Assembly: GCA_030704615.1 (NCBI GenBank) | Contig: CM060733.1 | Coordinates: 39,184,001-39,248,000, forward strand | Source: Takakia lepidozioides | Taxonomy: Eukaryota > Plantae > Bryophyta | Length of the DNA: 64,000 nucleotides | Reading direction: 5' to 3' | Part shown: positions 1-11,949 of the stretch, piece by piece | How the letters are laid out: each line of letters starts with the position of its first letter | Position numbering within the stretch: the first letter of the stretch is position 1 | The notes under the pieces: model-generated | Databases searched by the model: none | What the model was told of the DNA's origin: nothing | The model's input: the letters and a program-made list of their open reading frames with translations, nothing else | Made by a program: the position numbers and the translations under genes

Positions 1-4
1 GTAA

Positions 5-70
5 TGACGTAGTTGTGGGTGAAGGTTCCGGAGTAGACTCTAGAGTCAGGCCTTGGAAGCATCAATAAAT
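5..70 (+). promoter_or_regulatory. Putative GST promoter: TGACG (as-1/TGA-type) motif and TATA-like AATAAATA
   Basis: TGACGTA at 5-11 and caataaatacg at ~63-73. The paralog has gacgtca and caataaatacg at ~6192-6213. TGACG sites are typical of plant GST promoters. Confidence 0.4.
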
Positions 71-211
71 ACGAACGTCCCTCGTTGCAGGTTTCACACT
101 CGGATCTTCAAGCTCTGGTCTGTGATTGTAGCCGTCTTGTTCTTGCTCTGCTCTGCTTTGCTTTGCTTCGTCAACACACATCTGTGCAGAGATCGTTGGG
201 AGAGCGCAGTG

Positions 212-1518
212 ATGGCACCTCTCAAGATATATGGCGTTGCTTTCTCTACTTGCACTGCACGTGTATTGGCCACAATCTTTGAGAAGACAGATGGGACCGA
301 CTACGTGATTGAGCCGGTGAACTTGGCAACGGGAGCTCACAAGCAGCCAGAGTTTCTTGCTCTGCAGGTATGTAGGATTTTGCTGTGGAGGGCCATTTTA
401 TGTGTGATGAAGCGGTTCTTAATTAATGCGCGACATTAGGATTCCGATCTGCTTCCCGAATCCTAATGGCCGGTTGTAATGCAGATCGATTTGCATCTCA
501 TTAGCTTCTTCTCCTATCCTGGAACGTTCTGCGGTTGTTTTCACTTGTAGTTTACTATGCCTCTGTGCCTTGTGTTGAGCGTGTGGGTTGACCATATTGA
601 GGCTGAGACTGAGTCGTATGTTCAACTATTGTGCGCAGCCGTTTGGACAGATTCCAGTTCTGCAGGATGGTGACTTCACGATCTTTGGTAAGTCCTATGA
701 ACCAAAGCTTCCATTCGGTTTTCAGAGTATACGGCGAGGTAGTCGTCTAGGGGATAGACTGAGCTGTAGGATGATGGTAAAGAACAGGGTACCCTCTCAG
801 TCGTGGAGGAGTTCGGGCTGGCTTTACTCCCAGATTCGTTGTAGAAGGTGGGTATTGGTTTTGGACGTTTGCAGGTTTTGTTGTGTGGCTTACACTCGGT
901 AATCCGCAGAATGTCATGTAGCATGTGGAAGTCATGTCTTTGCACGACTGGCTGAGTCTCGTGCTACTGAAAAGATACGGCTTAAAATGAAATTCTAAGA
1001 TTGTGAGAATCCTTGCATGATTGGCACGAGTCTTATTAAAGAATGATCGCCTCTTTGCATGATTGACAGAGTCTCGTGCCATCGCAAGATATGTTTCGGA
1101 TAAGTATGAGAGCGAGGGCACACCTTTGTTTGGGAAGACTCCTAAAGACAAGGCTCTGGTCAATCAATGGCTTGAGGTTGAAGCCCAGAATTACAACCCT
1201 CCAATCTCCACTCTTGTTTATCAGCTTGTATTTGGCCCAATGAGAGGAGCGCCAGTTGACGAGAAGGTTGTTGCGGAAAATATTACCAAGCTGGAGAAGG
1301 TTCTGGACATTTACGAAGCACACTTGGCCAAGAACAAGTACTTGGCGGGAGACTTTTTCAGTATGGCAGATCTTTCACACCTCCCCTACACTCACTATCT
1401 GGTCAACATGGCTAAGAAAGGTGAGCTGATCACCTCGAGGAAGCATGTGAATGCATGGTGGGAAGACGTTTCCTCACGCCCTGCCTGGAAGAAGGTGTTG
1501 GCCGCTGGAAAGGCTTAG
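212..1518 (+). CDS. GSTF: Phi-class glutathione S-transferase, copy 1 (exons 212-367, 639-687, 1070-1518; 217 aa)
   Basis: Spliced translation MAPLKIYGVAFSTCTARV...HKQPEFLALQ|PFGQIPVLQDGDFTIF|ESRAIARY...YLAGDFFSMADLSHLP...WWEDVSSRPAWKKV. Canonical 3-exon phi structure with GT-AG introns and a 654-nt open frame. Confidence 0.95.
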
Positions 1519-1874
1519 CTGACACACGTAAAGCATACGGTGGGAAGAAAGGGAGCATTGAAGCAGCATTTCAGTACTTCGCGCTGAAAAGGGCAGCTTC
1601 ATGATTAGGTGCCCAGTTGCTGGCTGAACACCATATCGGATTATGAGGCATTTAGCGTGGTTGTGTAACCGAGACTTTTGAGTACAATAAAACAACGGGC
1701 TCTAGTTCTTCGGCTGTGAATTCTCTCTCATGTCATGTTACTAGATGAGTAGGTAAGTCTGTCGTGTTCTTCGGGAAAGCACATTCTAAGGATGATTCCC
1801 CCTGCACTACTGCACCATCCTGGTCAACAGCCAAGCTGAAATTGCTGGTCGTTGACTGGTATTGAAGGGTAAAG

Positions 1875-2059
1875 TGGTCATCGTATCGGTTACGACAATT
1901 GCCTGTGTGCGTGTCGTCCCCATCTTCTGCAACAGACTGGTGAATGGTCATCGTATCGGTTACGACAATTGCCTGTGTGCGTGTCGTCCCCATCTTCTGC
2001 AACAGACTGGTGAATGGTCATCGTATCTGTGCGTGTCGTCCCTATCTTCTGCAACAGAC
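1875..2059. repeat. 70-bp tandem repeat, ~2.6 copies
   Basis: tggtcatcgtatc... recurs at 1875, 1945 and 2015. The third copy has an internal deletion of ~20 nt. Confidence 0.9.
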
Positions 2060-2559
2060 CTAAATCTGTCACATGTCTTGACTACAGAGCAATAAGAGAA
2101 AAACAGGATCGTACTAGAAAAAGATCGCCAGCTATTCCTCATCATCATCTACTTTTTCGTAAATCTCAAAAATCTGGAAAATTTGTAACCCTTAAACGCC
2201 CAGTGGGTGTTGCCTTTTTCACAAATTGAGACTTATGCAGTGAAAAATCAAAAAAACTTTCTGAAGCTAACAGATTCCAATAAGATTGAATGGTAGCTCG
2301 TTGTTGAGTAGTACTCTTCTGGAAAAATATAGCAGACGACATAGGTTGATGGTTCCAAAGCAAATCATGTAGAGCAATTGCTGCAATCATCTATGTTGGA
2401 GCAATCCACTGTCACAAGTAGCAACCTGCTATATTCTCACTGCCATTTCTACAACACCCCTGTATTGTAGCAATGAGTCAAATCATCAATCCAGTCCTCA
2501 AACACAATTTTTTCTGGAGTGTGATGGGAACATAAACAATGAACTCATACTCAACTAAA

Positions 2560-5500
2560 TTGCTGTGTAAATGCCTCTGTGCAATGCGTCTCTTCTCATA
2601 GTCTGTAAGATGAACACTGATCTCTTAGTGTAATGGCTGGTAGATCCTCTTTCCATTTCAGTGAAGGCTTGAAGTAAAGCATTCCTGAAGTGATTGTAAT
2701 TCTGAACTGAGTCTCCGGCTATCTCTAGCACTCTCAAACCCATGCCATGGCCAACTTCCTATGGACCCTCTGCCCTGGTTGGCTCTGTGGCTGGCTCTTG
2801 CTCTGGCACACCACTGGAGGACAAGAAATGTGGTAGCAAGCGGAGTGATGCAAGACCTGCCACTTGACTGATCCCGTTATGGTTGAGATCCAATGATACC
2901 AGCAACTGCAAAGTCTCCAAACCTGAAATGAATGCACCAGTAAGAATGACAGGTGCTCACCAGCTCAATGGCTGCTAGGGTACAGCACCTTTATAACTCT
3001 AAAGCAATAGAACAAGCAGTAAAGTCTCTTTTTGTAATGTCTGCACACTACGCAACATGGTGAAGTCAGAGACTATAGGACATTACCTTGGGTGGAATGC
3101 AAATGCTTGTTACTGAGGTCCAACCGCTGAACCCATAGGAAGCACCCACTGCATCCCACCATTGCCAGTGACAGACCCGACAACCAAAGCCAACTGGAAA
3201 CATTCACTGAACTCTCGATTTTATCCACCACTGCTGCTCTAATTTATTGATAGGTGACCGCTTCACAAGGGTAAAAATCAAGATGGAGAAACTTCAGCCG
3301 ATTCCAGGGTGACCACAAATGACATTGTGGATTCCAGGGAAGAAGTGGCAGGACCCTGAGGTGAGGAGTAGAATGGGCTATGGAGGTGGAGAACCAAGTG
3401 AGAGACACTACAGCAAGATGGAGATGAGTGGACATGTCCACCGACAATACAGAAAACCATATCCACCCCATCCATCAGAAGCAGGCTTCTTTGAGCCTAG
3501 CATGGGGTGGGTGAATCTGCCAGTGTCAGCTTAGCCCACTTGCTGCAGTGTGAAAAGCAGTAATTAGTTCCGCGTGTAGGACAATGGTGACCTTCCGTCC
3601 AATCCTGTGTATAAGAGACATGTGAGCAGGTGTTTAAGATGATTACAGGAAGAGGACTGACAGGTGAGGGAAGGATGCATGTTAGTCTGAAGAGAGAGAG
3701 AGAGAAGACTCTGGCTGAAGCCGGCGTAACCAAGAGCCACTTCACCTTATGGCTACTGCCCCCTGTTAGTCTGAAAATGGGAGCACTCATGGACCAGTCT
3801 TTATGAGAGCGGCAGGCTGGCCTCATGACTACAAACTTAGAAAATCATACTTACTGCACCCCTGTGCATTCTACCAGCCCCGGCCTCCAGCCACACTGGA
3901 TGTCATTGTAACTACGAGCGCTCTTTTCTTTGAGCCATGCCGGCAATCCGCCACTTGATTCTGTACTTGAACCAAGCTTATCTACGACCAGGTATTGACT
4001 GTGATTGACAAGTTGGCAAAGATATCATACTAGAAACAACGTGCTGGTACACCGCTACTGTATCATCATCTTCTTTAGCTATTATCTCCACAGGTTGGAG
4101 TGGTGACAAGTCACACCCTGGATATAAAAGGGCAGACATAGCCAGCACCTATGGGACATGTGGCTACAGTTGGATCCTGGACACACTGTGCAACTGATAG
4201 TTTCTGTGAAAAGAGTCGGCGTGTAAAGGAAACATTTGGTGCCATTCTCAGCAGGATAGGGAAATATTAAAGGTTTGGTGGTCTACCTACCTGTCTGGTA
4301 CAAGCTCCAGCATTTCCTGGCACACCCCAATGTGTCTCTCCAAAATCAGCTGTTTCTGAGCAGCCTCTCGGATCAGGATGGGATTGTGGACAATGACGTT
4401 GTCCCCATGCCCAATGTCATTCTGACCTTCTCTGGTTTCAGGCTTCAGACCACAATGAGACTCAGCTCCTGCCTTCTCTGCCTCTCCATCTGTTGAGAAC
4501 AGATTTTTGGATGGCCAAGCCAAACACTCTGTCCAAATCCTCAACCTCCCCACCAGCACCTTCCTCCGGCAATGACAAACATGGTGCTGCCGTGAATTAA
4601 GTGCACAGGGCCTTGCAGAGAGTGACCCTCTGGGAAGAGGATGCCTGGCACTGCAGCAACCTCTATGTTGATTTGATAGTTGACGCTGCAAGAAGAATTT
4701 TGGTGCTCATGAGCTGTTGGGACTACAATATTGGTGGCCCAGATCGAAGAACGCCCTTCAGAGAAACTGACAGCTTGGAAATGTCCCCAAACTGCGGCAA
4801 AGTGTGGACAGCAACAGTTTGGTTGTTCACCCCTGTAACTGGTTCGTTGAAACAAAGCGGTATCCCCCGGACATACAGTTTCTACTTTTTTAAGAGGAGT
4901 GCTAAAGGTAACTGCTGATTGGGATGCATCATTGGAGAGTTGGGATGGTAAGTGGGAGCCAGAGGGGGGGCAACTTCCATTAAACAACAGCCCTGCAGAG
5001 GCGACTGTCTGGCCAAGCAACCAAGAATAGGAAAACCACAAACTCAGGTCAATTGGGTCTGTAAGGAAAAAGTTAATTGCAAGCTTAAACTCATCTTCCA
5101 ATCCCTCTCCAACTGACACCACCCTGCCTGATGCATCCTTAAAAAGTTGTGGTAGAAGAGCAGCACCACACCAACAAATGAAGCTACATCAGACTGATAA
5201 CTCCGGACTCAATTCTGTGCAAAAGCAGGATTAACTTGAGCAGATTCTACTGTACATGATTTGGACGAGCTTGAAAATCATCAAACACTTTGCTGTCTTT
5301 AAAGGATGATGATTTTAGGTGGGCTACCTACGATTATGCTAGGAAGAGCAATTGCTGAGGTTCTCATTTATTTTGGCTGTTGTACACTCTATTTCTGCTT
5401 CTGCCGTGACCCCTTGTAACCTCACTGCAAATCTGGAAATTATATCAACACAACCATTGTCATAACCTTGGGAAGTAAAGGTTCTGCTTGTCCCTAAGAA

Positions 5501-5960
5501 AAAACTCCCACAACCCACATACCAGAAAGGAAGTGATAAAGTGGAAGAAGAGTAGAGTGAAAAAATGTACTGATTAACCATTCCCTATAAATGTCACCCT
5601 GGGGCAGTAGTCCCTGCAGGAAACCAACCCTCAGAGATTCCACATCGAGGTCCGACAAAAGCCTTGTGGACGGCCACGAAGCATATTGTTACAATGGGTT
5701 GACTCTTGATTTGAGAGGTCGAAATGGTAGTAAAGCACAATGTCCAGTCCAGCTAGAAACGGAGAGAAGAGAGTGCGACAAAGTCTGTGCATGTGTGCGT
5801 GCGTGTGTTTGAGAGAGAGAGAGAGAGAGAGAGAAACCTGCGATAGTCCCAACATGGAAGTTGCTGGCATCCGTTTGAGGAGCCGCTCCACACTCAAATT
5901 CGAATTGAGCCAGTAACCCATTTCCGATGGTACCACGCCCCAGATGATTTGTGAATGCTC
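2560..5960 (-). pseudogene. RGTA: Degenerate partial copy of Rab geranylgeranyltransferase alpha (exons 3-8 with introns)
   Basis: Colinear with 38669-42135 in exons, introns and 3' flank, e.g. MVSVGEGLEDEFKLAINFFLTDP, ILERHIGVCQEMLELVPDR, MGLRVLEIAGDSVQN. Contains frameshifts and deletions; exons 1-2 are absent. Confidence 0.9.
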
Positions 5961-6350
5961 TACATACCTGTCATTCACACTCTCAAATGGTCTCAGTCTC
6001 ATCAAGAGTAGCTCAGAGTCATTGGACCCATCACTCCTTTCCAAGCAATTACAAGGGCACACCCCGGGAAGTTTCATTTCGTAAGAAGATGGTTTATTTC
6101 ATATAAACTTGCTCAGTTAAGCCAAGGTAAGTACGTACATACACTCTACCCGATGGGTAGTTATATTTTGTACTGATAAGTATCGAGTCAGGACGTCACT
6201 CGCAATAAATACGATGCTCCCTCTTGGCAGATTTCACACTCAGATCCTCAAGCTCTGCGCTGTGATTGTAGCCGTCTTGTTCTTGGTTGCCGACACACAT
6301 CTGTGCAGAGATTGTGAGAAGAAGGTGTGAAGAGTCAAGAGAGCGCAGCG

Positions 6351-7640
6351 ATGGCACCTCTCAAGATGTACGGTGGTGCTAATTTCACTGGCTGTGCCCG
6401 TGTGTTGGCCACACTCTTTGAAAAGACTGAAGGGGATGACTACGTGATCGAGCCAGTGGACCTGGTAACAGGAGCTCACAGGAAGCCAGAGTTTCTTGCT
6501 CTTCAGGTCTGTAGGGTTTTGTTGTGGAGGGCCATTCATGTGTGATGTCGGATTCCTCCAAATGAGTTATGCAGATCGATCTACATCTCGTTAGCTTCTT
6601 CTCGTGACGCAATCCTACTCCGGAAGATTCTGCGGTTGTTTGACTTGTAGTTTAGTATGGCTTTGTGTTGATTGACCACCCTGAGCGTTCTCAGACGATG
6701 TTTGTCTCAGACTGAGTCGTATGCTCAACTATTGTGCGCAGCCGTTTGGACAGGTTCCAGTTGTACAGGATGGTGACTTCACGATCTTTGGTAAGTGCTA
6801 TGAACCCAAGCCTACTTCGGTTTTCAGAATAGAATTGAGGGCGATATACTGGTTTAGGGGGTAGACTGAGCTGTAGGATGATGGTAACGAACAGGGCGCC
6901 CCCTCAGTCGTCAGGGAATTCGGGGTGGATTTACTCACAGTGTCATTGTAGAAGGTGGGTATACGTTTTGGATGCATGCACGTTTTGTTGTGTGACTTGC
7001 ACTCGGTACTCTTGATATTCTTCGGGATGTCATGTATCATATAGTAGTTACCTCTTTCGCCCGAGTGGCTCAGTCTGGTGCTACCGAAAGGCTCAAAATG
7101 TCATTTACCTTGCGTCTTCGATTCTTAGAATCCTTGCATGATTGGCACGATTCGATTTCTAAGAAGGCTCGCATCTTTGCATGATTGACAGAGTCTCGTG
7201 CCATTGCAAGATACATTTCGGATAAGTATGCAAGCGAGGGCACACCTTTGTTTGGGAAGACTCTTAAAGACAAGGCCCTTGTTAACCAATGGCTTGAGGT
7301 TGAAGCACAGAACTACAACTCTCCAACCTCCACCATTGTTTATCAGATTGTATTTGGCCCATTGTATGGATCGCCTGTTGACGAGAAAGTTGTTGCGGAG
7401 AACATTTCGAAGCTGGAAAAGGTTCTGGACATTTACGAAGCACACTTGGCCAAGAGCAAGTACTTGGCGGGAGACTTTTTCAGTATGGCAGATCTTTCAC
7501 ACCTCCCTTACACTCACTATCTGGTCAACATTGCTAAGAGAGGTGATCTGATCACCTCCAGGAAGCATGTGAATGCATGGTGGGAAGATATTTCCTCCCG
7601 CCCTGCGTGGAAGAAGGTGCTCGCCATTCCCGAGTCTTAG
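6351..7640 (+). CDS. GSTF: Phi-class glutathione S-transferase, copy 2 (exons 6351-6506, 6742-6790, 7192-7640; 217 aa)
   Basis: Same exon sizes as copy 1 (156/49/449 nt), alignable introns and an open frame. N-terminus MAPLKMYGGANFTGCARV. Confidence 0.93.
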
Positions 7641-8119
7641 TAGACATAGCCCACGTGCAGAATTCAGGTGACCCCAGCCTTCCAAGAATATGTTTGTGTC
7701 AGGATCAGTTTTCAAGGAAATCCAATCTTATGGTAGGTGTGCAACTGTCCAAATTTCACCCAACATTCCAACTCAGTATGTACCAGTGTTGGACTGCTAT
7801 CAAGTTTTTTACATACCAGACTGGTCCTGGTACCAGACGTATCACAAAACTTTCATACCAGTCTGGTTTATATAATGGTGGATGTATTTTTTTCCACATG
7901 TTGGTATGAGTATGAGTAACATGACCACAATACCGGCTGGTATGCGATAGTAACTCAGGTATCATTCCACAGCCATCTTAAATTACAAGTTTATCAAATA
8001 GCAAGTATCAAGTGAAAATAAATACAATACACATAAAGAAGTAAATATACGTAAGTACGAGTATGTAGGCATATGTACACATAAATTAATATAGTACACA
8101 TACCAGAGTAAATAGGAAA

Positions 8120-8241
8120 CAGGGAAGTTCCCCTACTGTTAGCCTTCAGGCCCTGCAGTGGTTAATTTTGCCACTGATGTGACTCTTTTATTATTAATTT
8201 GATTAAAAAGGCTTCCATCCCCTTTAATTAAAAAAAAAAAA
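8120..8241 (+). mobile_element. 5'-truncated LINE 3' tail with poly(A)
   Basis: gggaagttcccc...cagtgg-N9-ccactgatgt...atttgattaaaa...cccctt...A(n) matches the 3' end of the LINE at 27895-28205. Confidence 0.6.
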
Positions 8242-9084
8242 TGAGGAAGACAGCAGCGGAGTATTGGTATTGTGGCTGGTATGAAAAAACTGATACCGGC
8301 CTGGTCTGCTCCCAAATGATACCAGATTGGTCTGGTTTGTAGTACCAGTGCATATAACCCATATATATGTCAATCCTTCACCTATATATGCCAGCAGTGG
8401 TATCTACCTTACATTGTGATAAGGTCCTTAATCCCAACAACCAATCTGGTCTTGCCACATGCGGTCAACGTGGACTTTGCAAACGTTTTTTCTAAACCCT
8501 TGGGTTTCTAGGAATTCATTAAAATCTTTAATTACAACCTAAAATGTGATATGGTGACAACCCAATTTTGGGTTTAGGGTTGTATTTAGGGTCTGGTAGT
8601 GACGAGGATTTTAATTTGCCCAGCTGAGCCAATTTTTATTTTATTTTATTTCATTTCATTTGAAAACCTGGACCCACCAATTTCAATCATAATTTGTACC
8701 AATGATATCCATTTAGAAAGTTATAGGAAAAATCTTTCTTTAGAATTTATGTTTTGACAAATATTTCAAAGTTTATTAATAACAAATGCATGGAAAACAT
8801 GCAAGCCCTACCCTACTCAACACAAGGGACTGTTACGGCATGCATAAAATTATTCATCCAAGGATATCTCAATATATGAAGCGAGACGTTTGTTTTGTTT
8901 GTTTGTTTTGTAGATTTGAGATGTACCAAACCGCGGGGCCAGCCTTGGTGCTTGGTACCGTTGGAAAGCCCTAGATGAGGAGGGGTGCACCGACTTGGTC
9001 TCATGATTTTTGGACCTGCGGTGTGGGAGATGTTGAATTTCAAGTACTTTTGGTTGCTGAAAATTCCCAAAAAATAAGAAAGTG

Positions 9085-9165
9085 GGCATTCCTTGGACAA
9101 TGGTTGGAGCCTCGACAGGAGAGATAAAAAGGGAAAGGTCTCCGGTTCAAATCTGGTCGTAGGCT
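9085..9165 (+). mobile_element. Possible tRNA-derived SINE head (Pol III A/B-box-like)
   Basis: ttggacaatggt (A-box-like) followed by aaggtctccGGTTCAAATCtgg (B-box). No convincing full cloverleaf. Confidence 0.3.
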
Positions 9166-9509
9166 CTGTGGAAAATAAATGATGAGATACGGCTAACACG
9201 AATTTCAAGTATGTAGAGATTGCACTTCAGCCTCTACATAGGCTTGGGCCTCTACACGGGAGATGCACTTGGATACATAGCGGTCCCAATATGGATGTGG
9301 CTTGATTTTATTGCAAGCGGGTGAGCCAACGGGTACGGCCCGCGAGGTACAGCCGGGGAACCCCCGCTCCGGCAGCCTCGTCGGCGAGCTGGACGCTCCA
9401 TGTCAAATCATCCTCACCCCCCTCCGACCCCTCCGCCCGTTGCCCCGCCCCCGCCCGCCCGCCCGCCCGCCCGCTGCTCCCCGTGCCCGCTCGCCCGGGA
9501 CCCCTGACC

Positions 9510-10330
9510 CCCTGGCCACGCGGCGCCCCACAACACCGCCCGATCTCCAACCACGTGGCGGCCCCCCGTTGTGGATCCCCTCACTGGGTTGATCCCCCTT
9601 CCAGTGCCGGAGTGATTCTCCAGCCATGTGGCGCTACCCTGAACCATCGATCCCCTCCCCATCCATCCAACCTCAATTAAATGGATGACGACCGGATGAA
9701 GGCCCCATGACGCGCCCATCGCGCACGTGGCGATCCTGCCGCCGTCGATCCTCTCCTCCCATCCACGGCGCGCTCCCCCGAGACGTCGCCGCTCCCCCCG
9801 ACGCGCCTTGATCCCCCTTTTGGATCGGGAGTGATCCCCCAACCCTAATCACCTGCCACGTGCGGCTCCCCTGGACCGTCGATCCCCTGCGCATCCATCC
9901 GACCTCACAAATAATGGATGTTGTGTGTCATCCGCCCCTCATCCCCCCGCCATCCTCCCGCTCCTCCCGCCGTCGATCCCCTCTTCCCATCGACGGCCCG
10001 ATCCCCCGACACGTCGTCGCCCCCCGTCCAATGCGGTGACTGATCCCCCTCCACCCATCGGACGGCACGTGGCGCTCCCCCCGCCGCCGATCCCCTCTTT
10101 CTGTCCACGGCGCGATCCCCCGACACGTCGCCGCTCCCCCTGACCTGGCTTGATCCCCACTCCGGACTCGCAGTGATCCCCCACCCCTAATCGTCTGCCA
10201 CGTGCTGCTCCCCCGAACCGTCAATCCCCTGCTCATCCATCCAACCTCAAAACAATGGATGTTCTGGGTCATCCGCCTCTCATCCCCCCGCCACTCCCGC
10301 GCAGTGGATGGACGACGGTCGGATAAAGGC
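9510..10330. repeat. GC-rich degenerate tandem repeat (about 3 units of ~240-340 bp)
   Basis: Recurrent blocks: cacgtggcg, tcgatccc, gtgatcccc, and catccatcc(a/g)acctca at ~9660, ~9893 and ~10234. Confidence 0.75.
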
Positions 10331-10439
10331 CCCATGGCACGCCCACCGCCAACTCTACCCCACGGTATGCAGGCCTTCAGAACATTATGTCTGGCACCCA
10401 TATAATCATATTGCGTGTCTCTCTTCAGGCCACAATAAC

Positions 10440-11945
10440 GTAATGACACTAGTTGTTAGAAATGTTTCAAGCCATAGCACACCACAATTGGAGCAATTGG
10501 CAAGGAGATAGGCCCATCTGAGTACTTGAACGTCCGGAAACTTGAACACCAAATGCAGATCTGTTGGGGACCAGACCACAACCCCTTAAGGAAATTCAGA
10601 GCTCAAGAGGCCACCATAATGTGATCACACTAATTGTTAGAAATGTTTCAAGCCGTAGCACACCACAATTGGAGCAATTGGCAAGAAGATAGGCCCATCT
10701 GAGTACTTGAACGTCTGGAAACTTGAACTACAAGTGCAGATTTGTTGGGGGCCAGACCACAACCCCTTAAGAAACTTCGGATCTCAGGAGGACACCATCA
10801 CGTGATCACACTAGTTGTTAGAAATATTTCAAGCCATAACACACCACAATTGGAGCAATTGGCAAGGAGATAGGTCCATCTGCGGAAACTTGAACAACAA
10901 GTGCAGATCTGTTGGGGGCCAGACCACAACCCTTTAAGGAACTTCAGAGCTCAAGAGGCCACCATAATGTGATTACACTAGTTGTTAGAAATGTTTCAAG
11001 CCATAGCACACCACAATTGGAACAATTGGCAAGGAGATAGGCCCATCTGAGTACTTGAACGTCTGGAAACTTGAACAACAAGTGCAGATCTGTTGGGGGC
11101 CAGACCACAACCCCTTAAGGAACTTCAGAGCTCAAGAGGCCACCATAATGTGATTACACTAGTTGTTAGAAATGTTTCAAGCCATAGCACACCACAATTG
11201 GAACAATTGGCAAGGAGATAGGCCCATCTGAGTACTTGAACGTCTGGAAACTTGAACAACAAGTGCAGATCTGTTGGGGGCCAGACCACAACCCCTTAAG
11301 GAACTTCAGAGCTTAGGAAGCCACCAAAACGTGATTACACTAGTTGTTAGAAATATTTCAAGCCATAGCACACCACAATTGGAGCAATTGGCAAGGAGAT
11401 AGGCCCATCTGAGTACGTGAACATCCGGAAACTTGAACAACAAGTGCAGATCTGTTGGGGGCCAGACCACAACCCCTTAATAAAATTCAGAGCTCTAGAG
11501 GCCACCATACCTTGATCACACTAGTTGTTAGAAATATTTCAAGCCATAGTACACCACAATTGGAGCAATTGGCAAGAAGAGAGATCCATTTGAGTACCTA
11601 AACGACTGGAAACTTGAACAGCAAGTACAAATCTGCTGGGGGCCAGACCACAACCCCTTAAGAACGTCCAAAGCTCTGAAGGCCACCGTATGTTGATCAT
11701 ACTTGTTGTTAGAAATGTGCCAAGCCATAGCACACCACAAATGGAGAATTGGCAAGAAGATAGGCCCATCAAAGTAGTTGAGTCTGGAAACTTGAACAAC
11801 AAGTGCATCTATACTGGGGGCCAGACCACAACCCCTTGAAAATCTTTATGGCTCTGAAGGCTAGCATATCTTCATCACCATACTTAAACCACCAAGCCAT
11901 AACACACCCAAATTGGAGAAATTGGCATGAAGATAGGGCACAACA
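10440..11945. repeat. 181-bp tandem (satellite-like) array, ~8.3 copies
   Basis: cta(g/a)ttgttagaaat anchors at 10449, 10630, 10811, 10978, 11159, 11340, 11521 and 11702. Period is 181 nt, with one 167-nt unit carrying a 14-nt deletion. Confidence 0.97.
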
Positions 11946-11949
11946 TAAT

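Noticed and set aside
53-211. Signal-peptide-like N-terminal extension of GST1
   Set aside because: The ORF starts at TTG upstream of the TATA-like box. The true ATG is at 212 and the paralog has no equivalent open extension.
1875-2059. CRISPR-like repeat
   Set aside because: The 70-bp units are contiguous with no unique spacers, the context is eukaryotic and there are no cas genes.
8405-8525. Copia RNaseH tail (ANVFSKPLG)
   Set aside because: Too short and degenerate to call without a search.
9085-9165. Functional tRNA gene
   Set aside because: A B-box is present but there is no acceptor or anticodon stem pairing; at most a SINE-like head.
9302-10511. Many overlapping Pro/Arg/Gly-rich ORFs
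   Set aside because: They are artefacts of high GC and repeat structure, with no recognisable domain.
10440-11945. Protein-coding repeat or CRISPR array
   Set aside because: The 181-nt period is not a multiple of 3, the frames contain stops, and whole units are similar with no spacer structure.
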